A stretch of 20,595 nt of DNA from Polyangiales bacterium (GTDB taxonomy: Bacteria > Myxococcota_A > Polyangia > Polyangiales > Houyiibacteriaceae), in contig JBGCFM010000197.1 of NCBI GenBank assembly GCA_045106895.1, positions 1-20,595 of the forward strand, in the 5' to 3' direction. Position numbers and translations under genes: made by a program. The notes beneath the pieces were generated by a model. That model was not told the origin of the DNA. It saw only the letters and a program-made list of their open reading frames with translations, and ran no database searches. Shown in pieces: positions 7,946 through 17,914 of the stretch. Numbering within the stretch: position 1 is the first letter of the stretch; every line of letters starts with the position of its first letter.

Positions 7946-9445
7946 CTAGAGAGGGCGCCTTTGGGTGGACGCTTCGGGGTTGAGGTTGCCTTCGACGAGG
8001 ATGTCCTCGCCGCGAAGGATGACGAAACCTGCGGAGCCGCCGCCGCCGCCGCCGTTTCCGTTGCCGTTGTCTGATGAATCGCCGTCTTCGGGAGTCCTGC
8101 CGCCGCCGTCACCACCGTCGGTTCCGTTCTGAGCGCCGCGCGCTGTGCCTTCCGTCGGGCCGTCGTCACCATTGTCGTTGCCATTGCTGCGATTGCTAGG
8201 ACCGCCGCCGCCGCCGCCGCCGCTCACGGAGAGGTTACCTTCAACGACGACCCGTGGCGCTTCGAGAAGAATGGTTCCTCCTGCGCCGCCGCCGCCGCCG
8301 GAGCCCCAGTTGCTCTCGTTGGTGAAGGAGATACCGCCCTGACCGCCGCCGCCGCCGGCGCGGATCACTCCACGCACGGTGACCGTACCGAGAGCGCTGA
8401 TTTGAATGGCGCCGCCGCCGCCGCCGCCGTTGCCTTCGCGGCCTGGTGCGCCGGGGCCAACGCCGCCACCACTGCCGCCGATGAGTGGCTCACCCGTGGT
8501 CACGAACGAAGCTCCACCTGCACCTCCGAATGCAGAGGCTCCGGCGTCTCCGCCACGTCCGCCAGCGCTGAGGCCGCCGCCGCCGCCGCCGCCGCCGTCA
8601 CCGAAATCGCCGGCTCGCATGCCCGGGAGCCCGCCGCCATCGCCTCGGCCAGCGGGCGCGTCGCGGCTGCCGCCTGCGAATCCGCCAGCCCCAGGGATGT
8701 TTCCGTCGGCGCGAAGGTCGAAGAAGCCGTCAAGGTTCACATCCCCAGTGGCGATGACGATCAAAGGAAGCGACCCGCTCACCCCCAGGTAGAGCGACTC
8801 CGACATGTCGACGTTGCCGACTCTCCACACACACGCTTCGCCGCCGCTAGTCGTTGGCTGAATCCTCGAGAAGCCCCCGCTGGTCACTTCGCACACGTCG
8901 GTGTCTAGAACAAAACTACCCATGGGGAGAACGACGTCGGAGGCGGATTCGTCAAACGCATCCCGAGTTAGATTGGAAGGCCGAAAAAGCCCATCGGCGC
9001 AAAGGCCCGTCGCCTCCTCGCAGCCACGTTCGCAATCGACCCGCGTGTAGACCGGCGCGCCGGTGCACTGAAAGCTCGCGCCGTCGCGGCAAATAGGCGC
9101 TCCGCCTGGGCACTCGTCGAAGGGGCGGCAGCCGCCGAAGTCGACGTCGCACATCGTGGTGCTCGGGCAGGGCCGAGAGACGTCGGCGCCCTCGACACAA
9201 GTCACGAAGTTAGCGCCTTCGCAACGCGGAGGGCGGCCCTCGCATCCTGGGCCTGCATCGACGGGCGGACCCGCATCCCTGCCAGCGTCGAAAGGAGGGC
9301 GTCCTGAGTCGCTTCCTGGGCCCGCGTCCACGCGTGGGGCGTCTGGACCGGGGCCTCCATCGAAATCGCCCCCGCCAAGGAGGTCGGGGTCCGGGGAAAT
9401 GACGGCACTGCAAGAGCAAAGAACCAACAGAAGCAAGGGGCGCAT
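7946..9445 (-). CDS. Predicted surface lipoprotein with Cys-rich region and glycine-rich (PE-PGRS-like/polyglycine) C-terminal domain
   Basis: Start reassigned to ATG 9445, giving MRPLLLLVLCS-C (lipobox). DAG/Pro linker, Cys-rich tract (CEGRPPRCEG...CERGCEEATGLC), then repeated GGGGG runs separated by short beta-like segments. Confidence 0.8.
   Translation of the reverse strand: MRPLLLLVLCSCSAVISPDPDLLGGGDFDGGPGPDAPRVDAGPGSDSGRPPFDAGRDAGPPVDAGPGCEGRPPRCEGANFVTCVEGADVSRPCPSTTMCDVDFGGCRPFDECPGGAPICRDGASFQCTGAPVYTRVDCERGCEEATGLCADGLFRPSNLTRDAFDESASDVVLPMGSFVLDTDVCEVTSGGFSRIQPTTSGGEACVWRVGNVDMSESLYLGVSGSLPLIVIATGDVNLDGFFDLRADGNIPGAGGFAGGSRDAPAGRGDGGGLPGMRAGDFGDGGGGGGGGLSAGGRGGDAGASAFGGAGGASFVTTGEPLIGGSGGGVGPGAPGREGNGGGGGGAIQISALGTVTVRGVIRAGGGGGQGGISFTNESNWGSGGGGGAGGTILLEAPRVVVEGNLSVSGGGGGGGPSNRSNGNDNGDDGPTEGTARGAQNGTDGGDGGGRTPEDGDSSDNGNGNGGGGGGSAGFVILRGEDILVEGNLNPEASTQRRPL
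8573..8596. repeat. (GCC)8 trinucleotide tract encoding a poly-Gly run on the minus strand
   Basis: Eight consecutive GCC units read directly. Shorter tracts occur near 8040, 8205, 8285, 8345 and 8410. Confidence 0.8.
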
Positions 9446-9548
9446 GGCTGCACTTTGCCATAGCCAGGTCTCTAGCGCAGGCGTCTTCATTCGAGATGCT
9501 CACCCGGGAAAAGCGGGGCTACCCCCGAGTCGATGCTATAGGCCACGA

Positions 9549-11312
9549 ATGCGCCCCGAGGGATGGACCACTGTGGGAACCGTACTGGCCATGGTGGTCG
9601 CCATGGCTTTCGACCTCGCCGGTCCAGATATGGCCCTCGTTGCGGGGCTGACTCTGCTCCTTGCCACGGGCGTGCTGGCTCCCGAGGAGGCCTTCTCCGG
9701 GTTCTCGAACCCCGCCGTCGCCACCATCGCGGCCCTCTTCGTCGTGGCGGCTGGCGTTCGCGAAACCGGCGCCCTCGATTTTGTCGCACGCCGTGTCCTA
9801 GGCGCCCCGAAAGGCACCGCGAGCGCTCAGCTTCGCGTGATGGCGCCGGTGGGGTTACTCAGCGGGTTCCTCAACAACACGCCTGTGGTGGCGATGTTTG
9901 TTCCGCTCGTTCAGCGGTGGTCGAAGCAGATCGCTCAACCAGTGTCGTTCTTGCTGATGCCCCTTAGCTACGCCGCCATTCTGGGCGGGATGTGCACCCT
10001 CATCGGTACGAGCACGTCGCTCCTCGTCGCGGGTATGTACGAGGCGCGTGTCGGTACGACTTTGGGCGTATTCGATATTACTCCCCTCGGTGTTCCTGTG
10101 TTCTTGGTCGGAACCGCCTACATGCTCTTGGTCTCGTCGCGCCTCCTTCGGCGCGGCTCCGGTGTCGACGCCATGAGCGAGGACGCCAAGGAGTACGCCA
10201 TCGCGTTTCGCGTCAGCGCTGGCTCCCCCGTCGTTGGGCAGACCATTGAAGAGTGCCTGCGCTCGTTGCCAAAGCTCTTCCTCTTCGAGATGGAACGAGA
10301 CGGCGAGCTCTTTCCCGCGGTGAAACCCGCCACAAAACTACGGCCGGACGACATTTTGGTGTTCGCCGGGATCGTCGTCGATGCCGCCGTGGACCTACGA
10401 AAGAAGGGCCTCGTTCCCGCCGGGGACCAGCTGGAAAAGCTCACGGGTCGTACAGAACGCACGTGGGTCGAAGCCGTCGTCTCCACGTCTGGACCACTGA
10501 ATGGCAAGACGGTTCGCGAGTCGCGTTTCCGCACAGAGTACAACGCAGCCATCATCGCGGTGCATCGCGAGGGCGCCCGCGTGAGCTCCAAAGTCGGGGA
10601 TATCTACCTGCAGCCAGGTGACATGCTCCTCATCGAGGCGGCGCCTTCCTTCGTGCGACGTTACCGCACGGACCCAAGCTTTGTGCTCGTTGCCGCCGTT
10701 GCCGGGAGCGAGGCTCCGAAGCACGAGAAGGCCTGGATCGCCGGCGGCATTCTCACGATGATGGTCGCGACGAACGCGAGCGGGCTCTTTTCTCTTCTCA
10801 CAAGCTCATTGCTTGCAGCCGGACTCATGCTTGTCACGCGCTGCATCACGGGACCTCAAGCGCGCACCGCCCTCGACCTTCGGGTGCTCGTGACCGTCGG
10901 TGCGGCCATTGGTCTCGGCGTCGCCGTGGAGAAGAGCGGTGCCGCGTCGGTGCTCGGCGACGGACTGGTATCGTCGCTGGCGTCGAGCGGCACCTTGGTT
11001 CTTCTGGCTGTCATTTTCGGGGTGACGGCGCTCTTGTCAGGGTTCGTCTACACCGCCACCTCCGCGGCGTTGATGTTCCCCATCGCGGCGCAGGTGGCCG
11101 ACGCGGCGAATATCCCGCTGCTTCCGATGACGCTCCTCGTCATCATCGCCGCTTGCTCCGCGTTTTCGTCGCCCATCGGCTACGCCGCGAACCTCATGGT
11201 CTACGGCCCAGGCGGCTATCGCTTTCGCGACTTCCTCAAGGTGGGCCTCCCTCTTCAGATCCTCGTAGGCGTCGTGACGCTTCTGGTCTTGCACTACGGC
11301 TGGCTTGCTTGA
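9549..11312 (+). CDS. SLC13/DASS-family permease with two central TrkA-C (RCK-C) domains (YfbS-like)
   Basis: GFSNPAV, ETGAL, GFLNNTPVVAMFVP, LLMPLSYAAILGGMCTLIGTST. Soluble insert with SPVVGQTI...LRPDDILVF and GPLNGKTVRESRFRTEYNAAIIAVHR...LQPGDMLLIE. C-terminus SPIGY..NLMVYGPGGYRFRDFLKVGLPL. Start reassigned to ATG 9549 (MRPEGW). Confidence 0.92.
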   Translation: MRPEGWTTVGTVLAMVVAMAFDLAGPDMALVAGLTLLLATGVLAPEEAFSGFSNPAVATIAALFVVAAGVRETGALDFVARRVLGAPKGTASAQLRVMAPVGLLSGFLNNTPVVAMFVPLVQRWSKQIAQPVSFLLMPLSYAAILGGMCTLIGTSTSLLVAGMYEARVGTTLGVFDITPLGVPVFLVGTAYMLLVSSRLLRRGSGVDAMSEDAKEYAIAFRVSAGSPVVGQTIEECLRSLPKLFLFEMERDGELFPAVKPATKLRPDDILVFAGIVVDAAVDLRKKGLVPAGDQLEKLTGRTERTWVEAVVSTSGPLNGKTVRESRFRTEYNAAIIAVHREGARVSSKVGDIYLQPGDMLLIEAAPSFVRRYRTDPSFVLVAAVAGSEAPKHEKAWIAGGILTMMVATNASGLFSLLTSSLLAAGLMLVTRCITGPQARTALDLRVLVTVGAAIGLGVAVEKSGAASVLGDGLVSSLASSGTLVLLAVIFGVTALLSGFVYTATSAALMFPIAAQVADAANIPLLPMTLLVIIAACSAFSSPIGYAANLMVYGPGGYRFRDFLKVGLPLQILVGVVTLLVLHYGWLA

Positions 11313-11869
11313 GACGGCACTTGCTGCCCTTCGTCATCCACCAGAAACTGTCTGCCGAGGTCGTCCGTGTATTCGAACTCTGCGCCTCGATAGAGCCAGC
11401 CTTCCGCGTCCGATGCGATGCGTAGAGAGAGGGTGGGGTGCGTGGGCGTCTCCGCGTCTATCTCGATTCGAAAGACGTAGACGAGGGGGGCTGGCACGGG
11501 GATGTCGCAGTTCTCAGACAGTGGTGACTCGATCTCCATCGCCGCTGCCACGGTCGGCATTTCTGTGATCATGAGCGCCTCGAACGACGCAGGTATCGCT
11601 TCGCCACGTTCGACGCGTGCGGAAGCGAGGGCGCATCGCTGAGGCTTCCCCGCCGAATCGGGGGTGGAGAAGAGCACAACCGCCATGGTGAACATCGTCT
11701 TCAGCTCCACCGTCGCCGCTCTCAGCTGGGAGCGCGATGGAAGCGCTTCGGCTGGAGGCACGCGTGCCGCCTCCACGTCCGGTTCGGGGATGCTAACAGG
11801 GGCCGTTGCCGGAGGGGAATAGGAGGCGCCACAGCCAAGAACCAGGATAATGATGACGTTTCGGAGCAT
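11294..11869 (-). CDS. Hypothetical lipoprotein
   Basis: MLRNVIIILVLG-C lipobox, Pro-rich tether and two further Cys. Fills the gap between the SLC13 gene and the pyrimidine operon and overlaps the 3' end of the SLC13 gene by 19 nt. Confidence 0.65.
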   Translation of the reverse strand: MLRNVIIILVLGCGASYSPPATAPVSIPEPDVEAARVPPAEALPSRSQLRAATVELKTMFTMAVVLFSTPDSAGKPQRCALASARVERGEAIPASFEALMITEMPTVAAAMEIESPLSENCDIPVPAPLVYVFRIEIDAETPTHPTLSLRIASDAEGWLYRGAEFEYTDDLGRQFLVDDEGQQVPSQASQP

Positions 11870-11939
11870 TCATGGAGCTAAGAGGAGCGCTCGCTCGGTG
11901 CAAGGAAAATACCTGGGCCACATGCTGCTGGGCGATTGA

Positions 11940-13523
<1,584 letters not shown>

Positions 13524-13532
13524 CCCTCTTAC

Positions 13533-15026
13533 ATGAGCTCCCCCGAAAAACTCGACAACGCGCTGCTCTACGGCATTGACGACATCCCGCCGCCGGCGGA
13601 GACGGCGGTGCTGGGTCTTCAGCACTACCTGACGATGTTCGGCTCGACGGTGGCGATCCCGCTCATGATGGCGGCGCCCCTCGGCATCAGCGATGACGCT
13701 GAGAAGCTCGGTTGGCTCATCGGTACGATGTTCTTCGTGTCGGGCATCGCGACGCTGCTGCAGACCACCATCGGCAACCGTCTGCCCATCGTCCAGGGCG
13801 GCACGTTCTCGTTCTTGGCGCCGGCCATTGCTATCTGCGGCATGGCGTCCCTGAACGACGCTGGCTTCGAAGTGAAGATGCAGCACATCCAGGGCGCCGT
13901 CATTATTGGCGGCGTAGTGCAGATGGCTGTCGGCTACTCCGGGCTCATCGGCAAGCTGCTCAAGTATGTGGGTCCCGTCACCATCGCGCCGACCATCGCC
14001 CTCATTGGCCTCGCCCTCTATCCGTTTGGTGTGCCGACGGTGGCGCTGGATTTCAAAATTGGCGGGCTGACCATCTTCTTGGTGGTGCTCTTCTCCCAAG
14101 TCCTTCGCAAAAAGCACCGAATCTTCGAGCTCTTTCCGATTCTCCTCGGGATGGGCGGGGCTTGGCTTGTCGCGATTCTGTTGAGCCAGTCGGGCTACTA
14201 CGTTGAAGGCGACCCGTCGTTTACATCTTGGGACCGCGTGTCCGAGGCGGCGTGGTTCCGTGTTCCGCTGCCTTTCCAGTGGGGCATGCCTGTGTTCAAC
14301 GCAGCGGCGATCATCGGAATGATGGCCGGCGTCGCAGCCTCCATTGTCGAGTCCGTGGGTGACTACTACGCATGCGCACGCCTCGCTGGGGCGCCTGTTC
14401 CGACGGCGAAGGTGGTCAGCCGCGGCATCGGCACCGAAGGTCTCGGCGGTCTCATCGCCGGCATCTTCGGCAGCGGCAACGGCACAACGAGCTACAGCGA
14501 GAACATCGGAGCCATCGGCCTGACGCGCGTCGGTTCACGTCGCGTCGTCCAAGCGGGCGCGCTCATCATGATCGTCCTCGGCGTCACCTCGAAGTTCGGC
14601 GCGCTCTTCACGGCGATGCCTCAGCCCGTCGTCGGCGGCATGTACTGCACGCTCTTCGGCATGATCGTCGCGGTGGGTCTCTCGAACTTGCAGTTCGTCG
14701 ACATGAACGCCTCGCGAAATCTCTTTATCATTGGTTTCGCGTTCTTCATGGGGCTGAGTTTGCCCTTCTACCTGGGCGGCTACCTTGCGGCGAATCCAGA
14801 CCCCTTCGCGGGTTCTCACTGGGCGCTCAAAGCGCTCGGTGACGTCGGCATCACTCTCGGAAGCACGGGCATGGCGGTGGGCGCAGTCATCGCCGTGGTC
14901 CTCGACAATATCGTTCCCGGAACCGACGAGGAACGCGGACTTACGAACTGGGGTCACTCCCCGGATGCAGCAGAAACCAACGACAAAGACGAAAGCGCGG
15001 CCGACGCCGCCAGCGAAGAGGAATAA
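13533..15026 (+). CDS. NCS2/NAT nucleobase:cation symporter (probably uracil/thymine), SLC23-like
   Basis: TM1 [29 protein letters not shown], NAT signature [26 protein letters not shown]. Located inside the pyrimidine catabolic operon. Confidence 0.93.
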   Translation: [497 protein letters not shown]

Positions 15027-15032
15027 GAGAAG

Positions 15033-16526
15033 ATGACCGACACGACTTTCAAGACGCGCAGCTACGAGTTCACCCCCTACGTCACTGCCAAGAACTTCAT
15101 TGGCGGCGAGTGGACGGACGCCGAGAGCGGCAAGACCATCCCCGTGATGAACCCGCGTCACAACAAGGAGATGGGCCAGATGGTCTGGTCCGTGGAATCG
15201 GATACGAACCGCGCCATCGCCGCGGCGGAAGCGGCGTTCCCGGCGTGGAAAGCGACACCCATGAAGGAGCGCGCACAGATCATGTATCGCGTGAAGCAGA
15301 TCATGGAGTCCAAGCTCGACGAGCTCTCATGGCTTCTCGCCCACGAGAACGGCAAGAGCATTCCCCAGGCGAAGGGCGAAGTCCTCAAGGGCATCGAATG
15401 CGTGGAGTACGGCTGCTCCCTTCCGAACCTCGCCCAGGGCGAGCAGCTCGACGTGAGCCGCGGCATCAACTGCGCCGTGACCCACGAGCCCGTCGGCGTT
15501 TGCGCTGGCGTTGTTCCCTTCAACTTCCCATCGATGGTGCCTCTGTGGATGCTTCCCCAGGCCCTCGTCGCTGGTAACACCTTCGTGCTCAAGCCTTCGG
15601 AGCAGGTTCCTTATTCGGCTATGCGCCTCGCGGAGATCTTCAAAGAGGCCGGTCTTCCTGACGGCGTCTTGAACATCGTCAACGGCGGCAAAGAGACCGT
15701 CGAAGCGCTCTGCGATAGCGAAGTGGTGCAGGCCCTCGGCTTCGTCGGCAGCACCAAGGTCGCAAAGATCGTCTACGCCCGCGGCGCGAAGACCGGCAAG
15801 AAGGTCGTCGGCCTCGGCGGCGCAAAGAACCACCTCCTCGTCGTTCCTGACGCGGACCTCAAGCTCACCAGCGAGACCGTTGTGGCGTCGGCCTTCGGTT
15901 GCGCCGGTCAGCGCTGTATGGCGGCGAGCGTCATGGTCGGCGTCGGCGACGTTCAGGCCATCGTCGACAAGATGGTGGAGATCACAAACGGCATGACCCT
16001 CGGCGAAGACATGGGGAGCATCATCAATCCCCAGAGCGTCGAGCGCATCAACAAGTACATCACCGAGGCGGAAGCCAAGGGCGCGAAGGTCCTCGTGGAT
16101 GGCCGTGGCGCGACGGTGGACGGCCAGCCCGGCAACTGGGTGGGTCCCACGATTCTCGACAACGTCTCGGCGGACATGCCTGCTGGCTGCGAGGAGATCT
16201 TTGGCCCCGTGCTCTCCATCATCCGCACGGACACGTTGGACGAGGCTATCGCCATCGAGAACAACAACGACTACGGAAACGCCGCGGCGATTTTCACCAC
16301 GAACGGCGGCGTCGCGCGTTACGCCATGGAGCGAGTGAGCGCCGGCATGTGCGGCGTGAACATCGGCGTGCCGGTGCCCCGCGAGCCCTTCGCCTTCGGC
16401 GGCTGGAACGACTCAAAGATCGGTCACGGCGACATGACGGGCTACGACGGTTTCCTCTTTTGGACGCGCCCTCGCAAGGTCACCTCGCGCTGGGCCATGG
16501 CCACCGACGCCACCTGGATGAGCTGA
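15033..16526 (+). CDS. mmsA: CoA-acylating (methyl)malonate-semialdehyde dehydrogenase
   Basis: PFNFPSMVPLWM, GNTFVLKPSE, FVGSTKVA, GGAKNH, AFGCAGQRCMA (catalytic Cys), EEIFGPVL, GVNIGVPVP, FGGWNDS. Confidence 0.94.
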   Translation: MTDTTFKTRSYEFTPYVTAKNFIGGEWTDAESGKTIPVMNPRHNKEMGQMVWSVESDTNRAIAAAEAAFPAWKATPMKERAQIMYRVKQIMESKLDELSWLLAHENGKSIPQAKGEVLKGIECVEYGCSLPNLAQGEQLDVSRGINCAVTHEPVGVCAGVVPFNFPSMVPLWMLPQALVAGNTFVLKPSEQVPYSAMRLAEIFKEAGLPDGVLNIVNGGKETVEALCDSEVVQALGFVGSTKVAKIVYARGAKTGKKVVGLGGAKNHLLVVPDADLKLTSETVVASAFGCAGQRCMAASVMVGVGDVQAIVDKMVEITNGMTLGEDMGSIINPQSVERINKYITEAEAKGAKVLVDGRGATVDGQPGNWVGPTILDNVSADMPAGCEEIFGPVLSIIRTDTLDEAIAIENNNDYGNAAAIFTTNGGVARYAMERVSAGMCGVNIGVPVPREPFAFGGWNDSKIGHGDMTGYDGFLFWTRPRKVTSRWAMATDATWMS

Positions 16527-16574
16527 GCTCTTCCACCCGCAGGCCAGACAAAAATCACTGATGGAGAAGAAGAG

Positions 16575-17909
16575 ATGACTGAAGAGAAGATGAGCGGCGA
16601 AGAGATCGTGCGACTCTGCAAAGAGCACACGATGTACACGTGGATGAAGGGCGAGGCCGCCGACCCTCTGCCCATCGACCGAGCGGAAGGGGTGTACATG
16701 TACACGTCCGACGGCCACAAGGTCCTCGACTTCAACAGTCAGCTCATGTGCGTGAACATTGGCCACGGTCACCCGAAGGTCATCGAGGCCATCAAGCGCC
16801 AAGCCGACAAGCTCACGTACGTTTACCCAGGCACAGCGACGGAGAGTCGCGCGCGCCTCGGCAAGCTGCTCTCTGAGGTCACGCCGGGCGACATCAACAC
16901 GTTCTTCTTTACCCTCGGCGGCGCCGAAGCCAATGAGAATGCGCTCAAGGCCGTTCGCCTCTTTACTGGCAAGCAGAAGGTGATCACGCGCTACCGCAGC
17001 TACCACGGCGCGACGAACGCGATGATGTCACTCACCGGTGACCCGCGGCGTTGGCACAACGAACCGGGCATGCCCGGCGTCATTCGCGTCATGGACCCGT
17101 CGCCGTACCACTACTCCTTTGGCGAGAGCGACGAGGAGAAGACGCGGAACAACCTCAAGTACCTTGAGGAAGTCATCATGTACGAAGGGCCGGATCACAT
17201 CGCGGCCATGTTCATCGAGTCCGTGACCGGCACGAACGGCGTTCTTCCGCCGCCGAAGGGCTACCTCCAGGGCCTTCGTAAGCTCCTCGATAAGTACGGG
17301 ATTCTTCTTGTGTGCGACGAGGTGATGGCGGGCTTTGGTCGAACCGGAAAGATGTACGCCTTCGAGCACGGCGACATCGTTCCCGACATCGTCACCATGG
17401 CGAAGGGACTCACCAGTTCCTACCTGCCGCTCGGCGCCATGGGCGTCAGCGACCGCATCGCCGCGCACTTCCGGAAGAACGTCTTCTGGGGCGGCCTGAC
17501 GTACAACGCGCACGCCATGGGCGCCGCCGCGGCCATCGCCGCCATCGAAGTGCTCCGCGACGAGAACCTCCTCGAGAACTCCGTGGAGATGGGCAAGATC
17601 ATGCGCGCCGAGATGGACCGCATGATCGAGAAGCACCCGTCAGCGAAGTGTGGCCGCCAGATTGGGCTCTTTGGGATGATGGACATCCAGAAGAACTCTG
17701 CTGGTGAATTGATCGCGCCCTACAACGGCACGCATCCGGCCATGGAAGAGCTCAAAGCGCACTTCCGCGCAAACAATATGTTCACCTTTGTTCGGTGGAG
17801 CCACTTCATGTGCAATCCGCCGCTCTGCATCAACGAACAACAGATTCGCGACGCCTTCGCCATCATCGACACGGGCCTCGACATCACCGATAGAGCTTTC
17901 GAAGGATAG
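16575..17909 (+). CDS. Class III PLP aminotransferase, probably beta-alanine/beta-aminoisobutyrate transaminase
   Basis: LDFNSQLMCVNIGHGHP, GGAEANENA, SYHGAT, ESVTGTNG, DEVMAGFGRTG, TMAKGLT (PLP Lys), GLTYNAH. Substrate inferred from its position between mmsA and preT. Confidence 0.88.
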   Translation: MTEEKMSGEEIVRLCKEHTMYTWMKGEAADPLPIDRAEGVYMYTSDGHKVLDFNSQLMCVNIGHGHPKVIEAIKRQADKLTYVYPGTATESRARLGKLLSEVTPGDINTFFFTLGGAEANENALKAVRLFTGKQKVITRYRSYHGATNAMMSLTGDPRRWHNEPGMPGVIRVMDPSPYHYSFGESDEEKTRNNLKYLEEVIMYEGPDHIAAMFIESVTGTNGVLPPPKGYLQGLRKLLDKYGILLVCDEVMAGFGRTGKMYAFEHGDIVPDIVTMAKGLTSSYLPLGAMGVSDRIAAHFRKNVFWGGLTYNAHAMGAAAAIAAIEVLRDENLLENSVEMGKIMRAEMDRMIEKHPSAKCGRQIGLFGMMDIQKNSAGELIAPYNGTHPAMEELKAHFRANNMFTFVRWSHFMCNPPLCINEQQIRDAFAIIDTGLDITDRAFEG

Positions 17910-17914
17910 AAGAG

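Noticed and set aside
8406..8792. Poly-proline ORFs on the plus strand (also 8145-8342)
   Set aside because: These are the reverse-complement reading of the GGC poly-Gly codons of the minus-strand lipoprotein.
9156..9548. 131-aa Pro/Gly/Ser-rich N-terminal extension of the SLC13 ORF in the track
   Set aside because: It overlaps the divergent lipoprotein gene, and family-like sequence begins only at ATG 9549.
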